From the NCBI GenBank assembly GCA_905181705.1, contig CAJIYP010000004.1:61196-125195 (forward strand): a stretch of DNA of 64,000 nt, given 5' to 3'. Each line of letters begins with the position of its first letter. Within the stretch, counting starts at the first letter, position 1. A model generated the notes under the pieces. That model saw only the letters and a program-made list of their open reading frames with translations, made no database searches and was not told the DNA's origin. The position numbers were made by a program, and so were the translations under genes. This DNA is from Cryomorphaceae bacterium BACL29 MAG-121220-bin8 (GTDB lineage Bacteria > Bacteroidota > Bacteroidia > Flavobacteriales > Flavobacteriaceae). Positions 10,010 to 20,079 of the stretch are shown here, one piece after another.

Positions 10010-12607
10010 ATGAGTGAAATAAAATTGACAAGGTTAAATAAAGTTTTAAGAGAATTCAACATCTCTTTGGATAGAGCAGTCGAGTTTTTGGCTACTAATG
10101 GTCACGAAATAGAAGCCAGACCAACCACAAAAATATCCTCTAATCAGTATAGTTTACTTTTAGAAGAGTTTCGTTCAGATAAATCTAGCAAAGTTGAATC
10201 TCACGATTTAAGTGAAGAAAAAAGAAAGGAAAAAGAAGAGTTGAGGCTTAAACTTGAAAAAGAACAGGAAGAAAGGTTAATTGCAAAAAAAGCCATAATT
10301 CAGGGTAAAGCAGAAATTAACAAGCCTGTTCAGGTTGGAAAAATTGATTTAGAAAAGTTAAAACCACAAGTCACAAAAAAAGAAATTGAAAAAAAAGAAG
10401 AAATAACTGCCAATGAGGTTGTCGTAAAACCTTTAGTCAAAAAGGAAAAAGAAGAGGAGGTTAAAAAAGAAGATTGGTCAAATATAAAAACTCAATACAA
10501 AAAATTAAGTGGTTTAAAAACAGTTGGAGATAAAATCGATTTAAACAAATTTGAAAAGCCTAAGCCACAACAAAAACATTCTTCACCTGCTTCTAAAAGA
10601 AAAAGAATTAGGGTTATAAAAGATGTTCCAAAGACTAGTCAGGGTCACGGAAATAAGAGTTTTAGAACGCAGAGCAGAACAAAGAATGTTGCTGTTGAAC
10701 CCTCAGATGTTGATGTTCAGAAGCAAATTAGAGAAACTTTAGAAAAACTTCAAGGAAAATCTACTACATCAAAAGGCGCAAAATATAGAAAAGAAAAGAG
10801 AGACTCACACAAATTTAAATCAGAGGAAGATTTAGCTCTAAATGAAGCAGATAAAAAAACAATTAAAGTAACAGAATTTATCACTGTTGGAGAAGTTGCA
10901 ACAATGATGGAAATTACATCAACTGATATTATTTCCACTTGTATGTCTCTCGGAATTATGGTAACGATGAATCAAAGATTAGATGCGGAAACTTTAACTA
11001 TCGTTGCAGATGAGTTTGATTATGAAGTTGAGTTTGTTACTGCGGACATAGAAGAGTCTATAAAAGAAATAGTTGATTCACCTGAAGATTTACTTCCCAG
11101 AGCTCCAATTGTAACTGTAATGGGACATGTCGATCATGGAAAAACTTCTTTGTTGGATTTTATTAGAGAAGAAAATGTAATAGCTGGAGAATCAGGTGGA
11201 ATTACACAACATATTGGAGCCTACAATGTAGTTCTTAAAGATGGTCAAAAAATTACTTTTTTAGATACTCCTGGTCACGAAGCATTTACTGCAATGAGAG
11301 CTAGAGGAACACAGGTGACAGATTTAGTTATTATTGTTATTGCAGCTGATGACGATGTGATGCCACAAACAAAAGAAGCTATTAGTCATGCTCAAGCTGC
11401 AGGAGTTCCTATAATATTTGCAATTAACAAAATCGATAGACCAAATTCTAATCCTGATAAAATTAAAGAAAAGCTTTCTGGAATGAATTTACTTATCGAG
11501 GAGTGGGGTGGAAAAATTCAATCTCAAGATGTTTCCGCTCTGAAAGGAACTGGAGTTGATGAGCTACTTGAAAAAGTACTTCTTGAAGCTGAATTTTTAG
11601 AATTAAAAGCCAATCCAAATAAAGCTGCAATAGGGACTGTAGTTGAAGCATTTTTGGACAAAGGGAAGGGATATATTTCGACTATTTTGATTCAATCTGG
11701 AACTTTAAAAATAGGAGATTATTTATTAGCAGGACAGCACACTGGTAAGATAAAAGCGATGCAAGATGAAAGAGGAAATTCTATTTTAGAAGCTGGTCCT
11801 TCAATTCCAGTTTCAGTTTTAGGTCTAGCTGGGGCACCACAAGCCGGAGATAAATTCAATGTTTTCGAAAATGAAAAAGAAGCAAAACAAATAGCTATAA
11901 AAAGAACTCAACTAGTTAGAGAACAGTCAGTTAGAACACAAAAACATATTACTCTTGATGAGATTGGAAGAAGAATAGCTCTTGGAGATTTTAAAGAATT
12001 AAATATTATCCTCAAAGGGGATGTAGATGGTTCTGTTGAGGCACTAACCGATTCGTTTCAAAAACTTTCAACTGACGAAATACATGTTAATATTATTCAT
12101 AAGGCTGTTGGAGCTATCACTGAATCTGATGTCTTATTGGCTTCAGCCTCAGATGCAATTATTATAGGATTTAACGTTCGTCCAACTGGGAATGCTAGGC
12201 AAATCGCAGATAAGGAAGAAATTGACATTAGAAATTATTCTATTATTTACGATGCAATAAACGACCTTAAGGATGCTATGGAAGGGATGCTTTCTCCAGT
12301 GTTTAAAGAGGAAATTTCCGGAAATGCTGAAATTAGAGAAACGTTTAAAATTTCAAAAGTTGGAACAATTGCAGGATGTATGGTTACTGACGGAAAAATA
12401 TTTAGAAACTCTAATATTAGGCTTATTAGAGAAGGTGTTGTTGTGATGTCAGGAACATTAGCTTCGTTAAAAAGATTTAAAGATGATGCCAAAGAAGTTT
12501 CGAAAGGTTACGATTGTGGTATTCAAATTAAAAATTATAATGATATAATTATTGGTGATGTGGTTGAGGCTTATTCTGAAGTTGAGATAAAAAAGAAAAT
12601 CAAATAA
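10010..12607 (+). CDS. infB: translation initiation factor IF-2
   Basis: 865 aa. Lys/Glu-rich N-terminus. G-domain motifs [20 protein letters not shown] and NKID. Confidence 0.95.
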   Translation: MSEIKLTRLNKVLREFNISLDRAVEFLATNGHEIEARPTTKISSNQYSLLLEEFRSDKSSKVESHDLSEEKRKEKEELRLKLEKEQEERLIAKKAIIQGKAEINKPVQVGKIDLEKLKPQVTKKEIEKKEEITANEVVVKPLVKKEKEEEVKKEDWSNIKTQYKKLSGLKTVGDKIDLNKFEKPKPQQKHSSPASKRKRIRVIKDVPKTSQGHGNKSFRTQSRTKNVAVEPSDVDVQKQIRETLEKLQGKSTTSKGAKYRKEKRDSHKFKSEEDLALNEADKKTIKVTEFITVGEVATMMEITSTDIISTCMSLGIMVTMNQRLDAETLTIVADEFDYEVEFVTADIEESIKEIVDSPEDLLPRAPIVTVMGHVDHGKTSLLDFIREENVIAGESGGITQHIGAYNVVLKDGQKITFLDTPGHEAFTAMRARGTQVTDLVIIVIAADDDVMPQTKEAISHAQAAGVPIIFAINKIDRPNSNPDKIKEKLSGMNLLIEEWGGKIQSQDVSALKGTGVDELLEKVLLEAEFLELKANPNKAAIGTVVEAFLDKGKGYISTILIQSGTLKIGDYLLAGQHTGKIKAMQDERGNSILEAGPSIPVSVLGLAGAPQAGDKFNVFENEKEAKQIAIKRTQLVREQSVRTQKHITLDEIGRRIALGDFKELNIILKGDVDGSVEALTDSFQKLSTDEIHVNIIHKAVGAITESDVLLASASDAIIIGFNVRPTGNARQIADKEEIDIRNYSIIYDAINDLKDAMEGMLSPVFKEEISGNAEIRETFKISKVGTIAGCMVTDGKIFRNSNIRLIREGVVVMSGTLASLKRFKDDAKEVSKGYDCGIQIKNYNDIIIGDVVEAYSEVEIKKKIK

Positions 12608-12608
12608 C

Positions 12609-12983
12609 TTAATTAGGTTTTAAAATAAAAGCCGAAGGAAATGTTTTTTTAATCTTAATTAATTCTTTTATGGCTTCAATTTTAGACACATATTTTCCAA
12701 TTCTAATTTTATAATAAGGAGTCTCAAAGCTAAAATAAACATCTTTAAATTTCTCCTCTAAAGTCAATTTCTCCATTAGTTCAATACCCAATTCATATTT
12801 TCCATTGTATACTTGAATAGTGAATTGGCCTGATGTAAAAGTTTCCTGATTTACTATTTTTTTTAATTCCATTAGCTCTATTAGTTTCGGATCTTGGTTT
12901 AGAATAACCTTTCCTTCTTGACTAAATGAATTTGTTATTGTAAAGTTTAAAAAAATAAAAAAAAGTGTCTTTTTTACATCCAT
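12609..12983 (-). CDS. SPOR-domain-like secreted protein
   Basis: 124 aa with a signal peptide. The C-terminal pattern FTIQVY…YYKIRIGKY…A…L…KK.FPSAFI is typical of SPOR repeats. Confidence 0.5.
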   Translation of the reverse strand: MDVKKTLFFIFLNFTITNSFSQEGKVILNQDPKLIELMELKKIVNQETFTSGQFTIQVYNGKYELGIELMEKLTLEEKFKDVYFSFETPYYKIRIGKYVSKIEAIKELIKIKKTFPSAFILKPN

Positions 12984-13095
12984 TCTTTACAAATATATAT
13001 CGTATTTTTTATTAAATCTACCAGTTTTACCATAACTTTTATTTAGAATCGTTATAAATTAAAAATAAGATATAACATGGGTTTTTAAAAAGGTT

Positions 13096-13125
13096 TTTGT
13101 GTTGTATTTTTGACCTCTAATTTTG
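13096..13125 (+). promoter_or_regulatory. candidate promoter of the act-cox respiratory operon (TTTG-N18-TAATTTTG)
   Basis: TTTG at 13096-13099 and a TAnnTTTG match at 13118-13125, just upstream of the actA ORF. Confidence 0.3.
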
Positions 13126-13140
13126 ATACAATTTTTTTAA

Positions 13141-14460
13141 TTGTTAGTGAAAGGAAATAGTAAATTTTTGCAAGATTTTTTTAGCCTCTTATCAAAGACT
13201 AGCTTAATGACTTTTTTCGCTTTTATTTTATTTTTCTCAACAACATTTTCTCATAATATTTCCTCACAGGAATTTGACATTGCCAAAGGAAAATCTTTGT
13301 TCAATGCTAACTGCGCTTCATGTCACAAGCTTAATAAAAAACTAATTGGTCCTGCACTTAGAGGGGTTTCTGCAAAATATGAAAAAGATTGGCTGTATTC
13401 TTGGATAAAGAATAGTGCAGCTATGATAAAATCAGGGGACGAACAGGCTGTGGCTATTTACGAAGAATATAATAAGGTTGCAATGAATGCTTTTCCTCAG
13501 CTCTCAAATGAGGATATTGATAATATTCTTGCGTACACTGATTATGTTCCTCCTAAACCAGTGGCTCCAGTTAGTGGAGCTCCAGTTTCAGAAAGCTCAG
13601 GGAGCAGCTCAACAAATGATCTTATCTTAATTCTTTTATCATTTGTTTTAGCAGTACTAGTCATTCTTTTAGTTCTGATAAATAAAACTTTAAAAAATAT
13701 TATTCCCCAAAAAGCAGTAGCAATAGACGATGCAAAAAATATTAAAAAAAGAATTCCTATTTGGAAAGCTTTCATTCAAAATCAATTTTTAGTTCTAGTT
13801 TCTGTTGTAATTCTTCTTCTTTCCAGTGCTTATTTTGCATACGGCTATATGCTTCAAGTTGGTGTTGACCAGGGTTACATGCCCATACAGCCTATACATT
13901 ATTCGCATAAAATTCACGCAGGAGCAAATCAAATAGAGTGTCAGTATTGCCATTCTTCTGCTAAAAAATCAAAGCATTCAGGAATTCCATCCCTAAATGT
14001 TTGCATGAATTGTCATGAAAATATTGCTGATTATAATGGAGAAGAAGATTTAGAAAAGGGATACACTAAAGAATTTTATACCAATGAAATTAAAAAACTT
14101 TACAAAGCAGTAGGGTGGGATGAAAATTCTCAAAGTTATACGGGGGATACTGAGCCTGTAAAATGGGTTAGGATTCATAATCTTCCTGATTTTGTTTATT
14201 TCAATCATGCTCAGCACGTAACAGTTGCTGGAGTGGATTGTCAAAAATGTCATGGGCCAGTAGAAGAAATGGAAATATTATATCAGCACTCTCCACTAAC
14301 TATGGGATGGTGCATAAATTGCCATAGAGAAACTAATATCAAAGTAAAAGATAATGAATACTATACTAAAATTCATGAGGAATTATCAAAAAAGTATGGA
14401 GTTGAAGAACTTACTGCCGCTCAAATGGGAGGTTTAGAATGTGGAAAATGTCACTATTAA
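13141..14460 (+). CDS. actA: alternative complex III subunit ActA (pentahaem cytochrome c) with an extra N-terminal monohaem cytochrome c domain
   Basis: Six CxxCH motifs (CASCH, CQYCH, CMNCH, CQKCH, CINCH, CGKCH) and two internal TM helices. The true start may be the GTG at 13147 or the ATG at 13207. Confidence 0.85.
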   Translation: MLVKGNSKFLQDFFSLLSKTSLMTFFAFILFFSTTFSHNISSQEFDIAKGKSLFNANCASCHKLNKKLIGPALRGVSAKYEKDWLYSWIKNSAAMIKSGDEQAVAIYEEYNKVAMNAFPQLSNEDIDNILAYTDYVPPKPVAPVSGAPVSESSGSSSTNDLILILLSFVLAVLVILLVLINKTLKNIIPQKAVAIDDAKNIKKRIPIWKAFIQNQFLVLVSVVILLLSSAYFAYGYMLQVGVDQGYMPIQPIHYSHKIHAGANQIECQYCHSSAKKSKHSGIPSLNVCMNCHENIADYNGEEDLEKGYTKEFYTNEIKKLYKAVGWDENSQSYTGDTEPVKWVRIHNLPDFVYFNHAQHVTVAGVDCQKCHGPVEEMEILYQHSPLTMGWCINCHRETNIKVKDNEYYTKIHEELSKKYGVEELTAAQMGGLECGKCHY

Positions 14461-14477
14461 ATAAATATATTTGTTAA

Positions 14478-17400
14478 ATGGGAAACCATAAAAAATATTG
14501 GAAAAGTGAAGCCGAATTATCATCGAATAATAAGATGATAGTAGGTCTCAAAAATAATGAATTTGCTGAGCAATTGCCAACAGATTTATTTCTTAGTAAT
14601 AAAAGTAGTTTACAAGATTCCAGCACAAATAGGAGAGATTTTTTAAAGTATTTAGGCTTTAGTACAGCTGCCGCTACTTTAGCAAGTTGTGAAGGACCTG
14701 TCAACCGTTCAATTCCATATGTAGTTCAGCCAGAAAGAATTGTTCCAGGAATTGCAAACTTTTATGCTACATCCATTGCGGATGGATTTGATTTTGCTAA
14801 TGTTTTAATTAAAACAAGAGAAGGAAGACCTATAAAAATTGAAAATAACAGTAAAGCAAAAGTAAAATCTTCAGCAAATGCTAGAGTTCAGGCTTCTGTT
14901 CTTTCAATGTACGATAGTCTTAGATTAAAAGGTCCTCTACAGAAAGGTCAAGAAGTAAACTGGACTCAATTGAATCAAAATGTAATAGATGAACTAGAGT
15001 CTATGAAGGCTTCTAACAGTGATGTAGTCCTTTTGACTCAGACTTTTGCTAGCCCATCTACGTCTAAAATTATTAAAGATTTCAAGAAAAAATATTCAAA
15101 TGTTAGACATATAATTTATGATGCTATTTCAGATTCGAAAGCTTTAGATGCTTTTGAAATAGCTTATGGAAAAAGAGCTTTACCAACTTATGATTTTTCA
15201 AATGCAGATGTTATTGTTTCTGTAGGTGCAGATTTTTTGGGTGATTGGCAAGGAGGAGGTCACGACTTAAGTTATGTAAAGGGTAGAGTTCCTGTAAAGG
15301 TGGGTAATCGTATAGCTAAAATGTCAAAACATTTTCAGTTAGAATCTAACATGAGTATTTCTGGAGCTAATGCGGATAAAAGAGTTGCGTTAACTCCTAA
15401 TCAACAAAAAATTGCATTAGCTAGAATTTACGGATATATTTCAGGCAATAAATTTTCAGGAACACTTCCTGAAAATATTGAATTATCTATTAAAAAAATA
15501 GCAGATTCTTTAATTAAAGCTGGTAACAAAGGAGTAATCATTAATGGGTTGGACGATGTAAATGCTCACCTATTAGCATATGAAATTAATGAATTACTAA
15601 AAAGCCTTTCATATAAAAAAGACGAATTATCGTTAATTAAACAAGGAAATGACAAAGAGGTTTTACAATTGATTAAAGATTTAAATTCAGGTAAAGTAAA
15701 AGGAGTTATAATGTCAGGTGTTAATCCTGCTTACACACTACCTAATTCTGAAGAATTCATTTCTGGAATCAAAAAAGCTAATTTTTCAGTATGTTTTTCA
15801 ATGAAAAATGATGAAACCGCTTCTCAATCTAAATGGGTAGCTGCTTCCCCTCATTATTTTGAATCATGGGGAGATAATGAAATGGTGAATGGTAATTTTA
15901 GCTTAACGCAACCTACTATTAGACCGTTATTTGACACTATGCAGTTTCAAGATTGTTTATTGAAATGGATGGGATCCGCCAACAGTTTTTATGATTTTAT
16001 TAGAAATAATTGGGAACAAAATATTTTAGAAAACATGTCTTGGAATCAGGCTTTGCATGATGGTTTCTTCAAATCAAATTCTAAAAATATAATTAAAAAA
16101 TTAAAATTTAATCCAATTACTTGCGCAGAGCAACTTTCAAGTTCCAAATCTTCTGTTTTTGAACTGGTCTTGTACTCTAAGACTGGTTTAGGTGATGGTC
16201 AACAAGCTAATAATCCATGGCTTCAAGAACTTCCTGATCCAATAACTAGAGTTTCTTGGGATAATTATTTAACAGTTTCAAAATTTGATGCTCAAGAGTT
16301 AGGTTTAAAAAACTACACTGTCGCAAATGGTGCTTTAGACAGTAATTATGCTCAAATTACAGTTAATGGAGTTAGTTTAAAAGTACCAGTTATTATTCAG
16401 CCCGGTCAATCAAAAGGTTCTGTTGGATTAGCATTTGGTTATGGTAAAAAGAATGCAATGAAAGAAGAAATGCAGATTGGGGTAAATGCATTTAAATTGT
16501 ATCAAAACTTTAATTCTGTACAGAACATTGAGATTGAAGCCGTAGACGAAACACATGAGTTTGCCTGTACTCAATTACAGAACACATTAATGGGCAGGGG
16601 AGATATTATTAGAGAAACTACGTTAGAAGTTTTTAACACTAAAAATGTAGAAGATTGGAATGCAATAACTAAAGTTTCATTAAATCATATAGAAACTCCC
16701 GTAAATTCACCAGAAGTTGACTTATGGGATGAGTTTGATAGATCAATTGGACATCATTTTAACCTCTCTATTGATTTAAATTCCTGTACGGGTTGTGGAG
16801 CTTGTGTAATTGCATGTCATGCTGAAAATAATGTTCCAGTAGTAGGTAAAACAGAAGTAAGAAGGTCAAGAGATATGCACTGGCTAAGAATTGACAGGTA
16901 TTATTCCTCTGAAGAAACTTTTGATGGAGACAATAAAACGAAGGATGATATTAATGGACTTTCAGATTCTCTTTCTGTTTTTAAAGAAATGGAAAATCCC
17001 TCTGAAAATCCTCAAGTTGTTTTTCAGCCTGTAATGTGTCAACATTGTAACCACGCACCTTGTGAAACAGTTTGCCCAGTTGCTGCTACTTCTCATGGAA
17101 GACAAGGACAAAATCACATGGCCTACAATAGATGTGTAGGGACTAGATATTGTGCAAACAATTGTCCTTACAAAGTGAGAAGGTTTAATTGGTTCTTATA
17201 CAATAATAACGATGAGTTTGATTTCAATATGAATGACGATTTAGGTAAGATGGTATTAAATCCAGATGTAGTTGTTAGATCTAGAGGAGTAATGGAAAAA
17301 TGCTCTTTTTGTATTCAATCTACTCAAGCAGTTATTCTTAATGCTAAAAGAGAAGGAAGAAGAGTTGAAAAAGGGGAATTTAATGATACTTGCGCATGTT

Positions 17401-17561
17401 CTGCGGCTTGTTCTACTGGGGCTATGAAGTTCGGAGACATAAATGAAAAGGATAGTGAAGTATCTGTTTTGAAAGAGAGCGAGAGAGTTTATCATTTATT
17501 AGATACAGTTGGTACAAAACCTAATGTTTTTTATCATGTAAAAGTTAGAAATACGGATTAA
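14478..17561 (+). CDS. actB: alternative complex III subunit ActB (molybdopterin-oxidoreductase-like plus Fe-S domain)
   Basis: 1027 aa. Tat motif RRDFLKYLG. Ferredoxin-type clusters CTGCGACVIACHAENN, CQHCNHAPCETVCP and CANNCPYKVRRFN. Confidence 0.9.
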   Translation: MGNHKKYWKSEAELSSNNKMIVGLKNNEFAEQLPTDLFLSNKSSLQDSSTNRRDFLKYLGFSTAAATLASCEGPVNRSIPYVVQPERIVPGIANFYATSIADGFDFANVLIKTREGRPIKIENNSKAKVKSSANARVQASVLSMYDSLRLKGPLQKGQEVNWTQLNQNVIDELESMKASNSDVVLLTQTFASPSTSKIIKDFKKKYSNVRHIIYDAISDSKALDAFEIAYGKRALPTYDFSNADVIVSVGADFLGDWQGGGHDLSYVKGRVPVKVGNRIAKMSKHFQLESNMSISGANADKRVALTPNQQKIALARIYGYISGNKFSGTLPENIELSIKKIADSLIKAGNKGVIINGLDDVNAHLLAYEINELLKSLSYKKDELSLIKQGNDKEVLQLIKDLNSGKVKGVIMSGVNPAYTLPNSEEFISGIKKANFSVCFSMKNDETASQSKWVAASPHYFESWGDNEMVNGNFSLTQPTIRPLFDTMQFQDCLLKWMGSANSFYDFIRNNWEQNILENMSWNQALHDGFFKSNSKNIIKKLKFNPITCAEQLSSSKSSVFELVLYSKTGLGDGQQANNPWLQELPDPITRVSWDNYLTVSKFDAQELGLKNYTVANGALDSNYAQITVNGVSLKVPVIIQPGQSKGSVGLAFGYGKKNAMKEEMQIGVNAFKLYQNFNSVQNIEIEAVDETHEFACTQLQNTLMGRGDIIRETTLEVFNTKNVEDWNAITKVSLNHIETPVNSPEVDLWDEFDRSIGHHFNLSIDLNSCTGCGACVIACHAENNVPVVGKTEVRRSRDMHWLRIDRYYSSEETFDGDNKTKDDINGLSDSLSVFKEMENPSENPQVVFQPVMCQHCNHAPCETVCPVAATSHGRQGQNHMAYNRCVGTRYCANNCPYKVRRFNWFLYNNNDEFDFNMNDDLGKMVLNPDVVVRSRGVMEKCSFCIQSTQAVILNAKREGRRVEKGEFNDTCACSAACSTGAMKFGDINEKDSEVSVLKESERVYHLLDTVGTKPNVFYHVKVRNTD

Positions 17562-17591
17562 GTTTAAATTTTTTTAATTAGAATATAATAT

Positions 17592-18974
17592 ATGTCATCT
17601 CACTATGAATCACCGATAAGAAAACCTCTTGTAACTGGGAGTAAGTCATATCATGATGTATCGGTAGATATAGCAGCAGCTGTTGAAGGCAAGGCCAATA
17701 AGCAATGGTGGATAGTTTTTTCTATTGCTTTGAGTTTGTTTCTGTGGGGACTGGGATGTATGATTTATACTATTTCCACCGGAATAGGAACCTGGGGATT
17801 AAATAAAACAGTTGGTTGGGCTTGGGATATTACTAATTTTGTTTGGTGGGTTGGAATAGGTCATGCTGGGACTTTAATTTCCGCTGTATTACTTCTTTTT
17901 AGACAAAAATGGAGAATGGCGATTAATAGATCTGCAGAAGCAATGACTATTTTTTCTGTTATTCAGGCTGGACTATTTCCTCTGATTCACATGGGAAGAC
18001 CTTGGCTAGCATTTTGGGTTTTACCTATTCCAAATGCATATGGATCTTTGTGGGTGAATTTTAATTCACCATTACTTTGGGATGTTTTTGCAATTTCTAC
18101 TTATTTATCAGTCTCATTAGTTTTTTGGTGGACTGGATTACTTCCTGACTTTGCAATGATTAGAGACAGAGCAGTTAAGCCTTTTCAAAAGAAAATATAT
18201 AGCTTATTAAGTTTTGGATGGAGTGGAAGAGCAAAAGATTGGCAGAGATTTGAAGAAGTATCATTAGTACTTGCAGGTTTAGCTACTCCACTAGTACTTT
18301 CTGTACACACAATTGTATCAATGGATTTTGCCACATCTGTTATACCTGGATGGCATACAACAATATTTCCGCCTTATTTTGTGGCTGGAGCTATATTTTC
18401 AGGATTCGCAATGGTTAATACCCTGTTAATTATTATGCGAAAAGTTTCGAATTTAGAAAATTACATTACAATTCAACACATAGAATTAATGAATATTGTA
18501 ATCATGATTACTGGTTGTATTGTCGGAACTGCTTATATAACGGAATTATTTATAGCTTGGTATTCTGGCGTTGAATACGAACAATATGCTTTTCTAAATA
18601 GAGCAACCGGCCCATATTGGTGGGCTTATTGGGCTATGATGACTTGTAATGTTTTTTCTCCACAATTTATGTGGATTAAAAAATTAAGAACAAGTATAGT
18701 ATTTTCTTTTATTATTTCAATTGTAGTAAATATAGGAATGTGGTTTGAGAGGTTTGTTATCATAGTTACCTCACTTCACAGGGATTATTTACCTTCCTCA
18801 TGGACAATGTTCTCCCCTACATTTGTAGACATTGGAATATTTTTAGGTACAATAGGATTCTTTTTCGTTTTATTTTTACTCTATTCTAGAACATTTCCAG
18901 TAATTGCTCAGGCAGAAGTAAAAACAATTTTGAAATCATCAGGAGATAATTATAAAAAATTAAGGGATAAATAA
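17592..18974 (+). CDS. actC: alternative complex III subunit ActC (NrfD/PsrC-like quinol-interacting membrane subunit)
   Basis: 460-aa polytopic membrane protein directly after actB. NrfD-like Trp-rich helices. Confidence 0.85.
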   Translation: MSSHYESPIRKPLVTGSKSYHDVSVDIAAAVEGKANKQWWIVFSIALSLFLWGLGCMIYTISTGIGTWGLNKTVGWAWDITNFVWWVGIGHAGTLISAVLLLFRQKWRMAINRSAEAMTIFSVIQAGLFPLIHMGRPWLAFWVLPIPNAYGSLWVNFNSPLLWDVFAISTYLSVSLVFWWTGLLPDFAMIRDRAVKPFQKKIYSLLSFGWSGRAKDWQRFEEVSLVLAGLATPLVLSVHTIVSMDFATSVIPGWHTTIFPPYFVAGAIFSGFAMVNTLLIIMRKVSNLENYITIQHIELMNIVIMITGCIVGTAYITELFIAWYSGVEYEQYAFLNRATGPYWWAYWAMMTCNVFSPQFMWIKKLRTSIVFSFIISIVVNIGMWFERFVIIVTSLHRDYLPSSWTMFSPTFVDIGIFLGTIGFFFVLFLLYSRTFPVIAQAEVKTILKSSGDNYKKLRDK

Positions 18975-19513
18975 TGGCTGATAAAATATTACATGCCGTA
19001 TACGACGACGACGACAAGCTTTTAGATGCTGTTAAGATGATTAAAGCAGCAAATTATGAGATTGAAGAAGTATACACTCCATTCCCTGTTCATGGTCTAG
19101 ACAAAGCTATGGGTTTGAAAGAAACTCGACTTGCTATAACTGCATTTATATATGGATGTATAGGCTTTGGTTTTGCAATATGGATGATGAATCATATTAT
19201 GATATTAGATTGGCCACAAAATATTGGTGGGAAGCCAAGTTTTTCTTTTATAGAAAACATGCCTTCATTTGTTCCTATCATGTTTGAGTTAACTGTATTT
19301 TTTTCAGCTCATTTGATGGTAATTACATTTTATTTAAGAAGTAAATTATGGCCTTTTAAAGAAGCCGAAAACCCAATTCCTCAGACAACAGATGACAAGT
19401 TTTTAATTGTTATTGAATTTAGTGGTAATGAAAACGATCTTAAAAAGTTAATTGACCAGACAGATGTATTATATATTAAAGTACATGATAATAAAAAGAT
19501 TAGCCATGCGTAA
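18974..19513 (+). CDS. actD: alternative complex III subunit ActD (DUF3341-like)
   Basis: 179 aa. Its start overlaps the actC stop (ATAATG). Position and size fit ActD, with two central TM helices. Confidence 0.75.
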   Translation: MADKILHAVYDDDDKLLDAVKMIKAANYEIEEVYTPFPVHGLDKAMGLKETRLAITAFIYGCIGFGFAIWMMNHIMILDWPQNIGGKPSFSFIENMPSFVPIMFELTVFFSAHLMVITFYLRSKLWPFKEAENPIPQTTDDKFLIVIEFSGNENDLKKLIDQTDVLYIKVHDNKKISHA

Positions 19514-20057
19514 AAATTTAAACTTTATGGTTTTGATTTTGCTGTGTCTTACTACGGTATCTTGTTTTGATCCTTCTAAGCCAAATTATCAGTTTTTCCC
19601 TAACATGTATGAATCAGTGGGTTATGGAACTTATGACGAATCAGATGCTTTTAATAATGGCATAGAAGCTCAATTACCTGTTGAAGGCACAATCCCTAGA
19701 GGTTGGTTGCCTTATGAATTTGAAGACACAAATGAGGGTTACGATTTAGCTAAAAACACTTTGTTTTCTCCTCTGGACCTTAATGACGAAAATTTTAAAA
19801 AAGGGAAAGAGTTGTATGCAGTTTATTGCGCTGTTTGCCATGGATCAAAAGGAGATGGACAAGGGATTTTAATGACAAGAGAAAAATTTTTAGGAATACC
19901 AAGTTATGCAGATAGAGATATTACTGACGGAAGTATATATCATGTTTTGATGTATGGTAAAAATTTGATGGGGTCTCATGCTAGTCAAGTTGATTCTAAA
20001 GAAAGATGGCAAATATCTCAATATGTATTAAGCTTAAGAGAAAATTTAATTAAATGA
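19506..20057 (+). CDS. actE: alternative complex III subunit ActE (monohaem cytochrome c lipoprotein)
   Basis: The ATG at 19506 gives a lipoprotein signal, MRKNLNFMVLILLCLTTVSC. There is a single CAVCHG haem motif. The longer ORF-track start at 19452 lies inside actD. Confidence 0.8.
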   Translation: MRKNLNFMVLILLCLTTVSCFDPSKPNYQFFPNMYESVGYGTYDESDAFNNGIEAQLPVEGTIPRGWLPYEFEDTNEGYDLAKNTLFSPLDLNDENFKKGKELYAVYCAVCHGSKGDGQGILMTREKFLGIPSYADRDITDGSIYHVLMYGKNLMGSHASQVDSKERWQISQYVLSLRENLIK

Positions 20058-20079
20058 TGTTAATATTAGTGTAGTTTAA

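Noticed and set aside
19452-19505. A longer ActE start at 19452 from the ORF track.
   Set aside because: That extension lies inside actD and adds a non-signal-like N-terminus. The ATG at 19506 yields a clean lipoprotein signal and the usual 8-nt start/stop overlap with actD.
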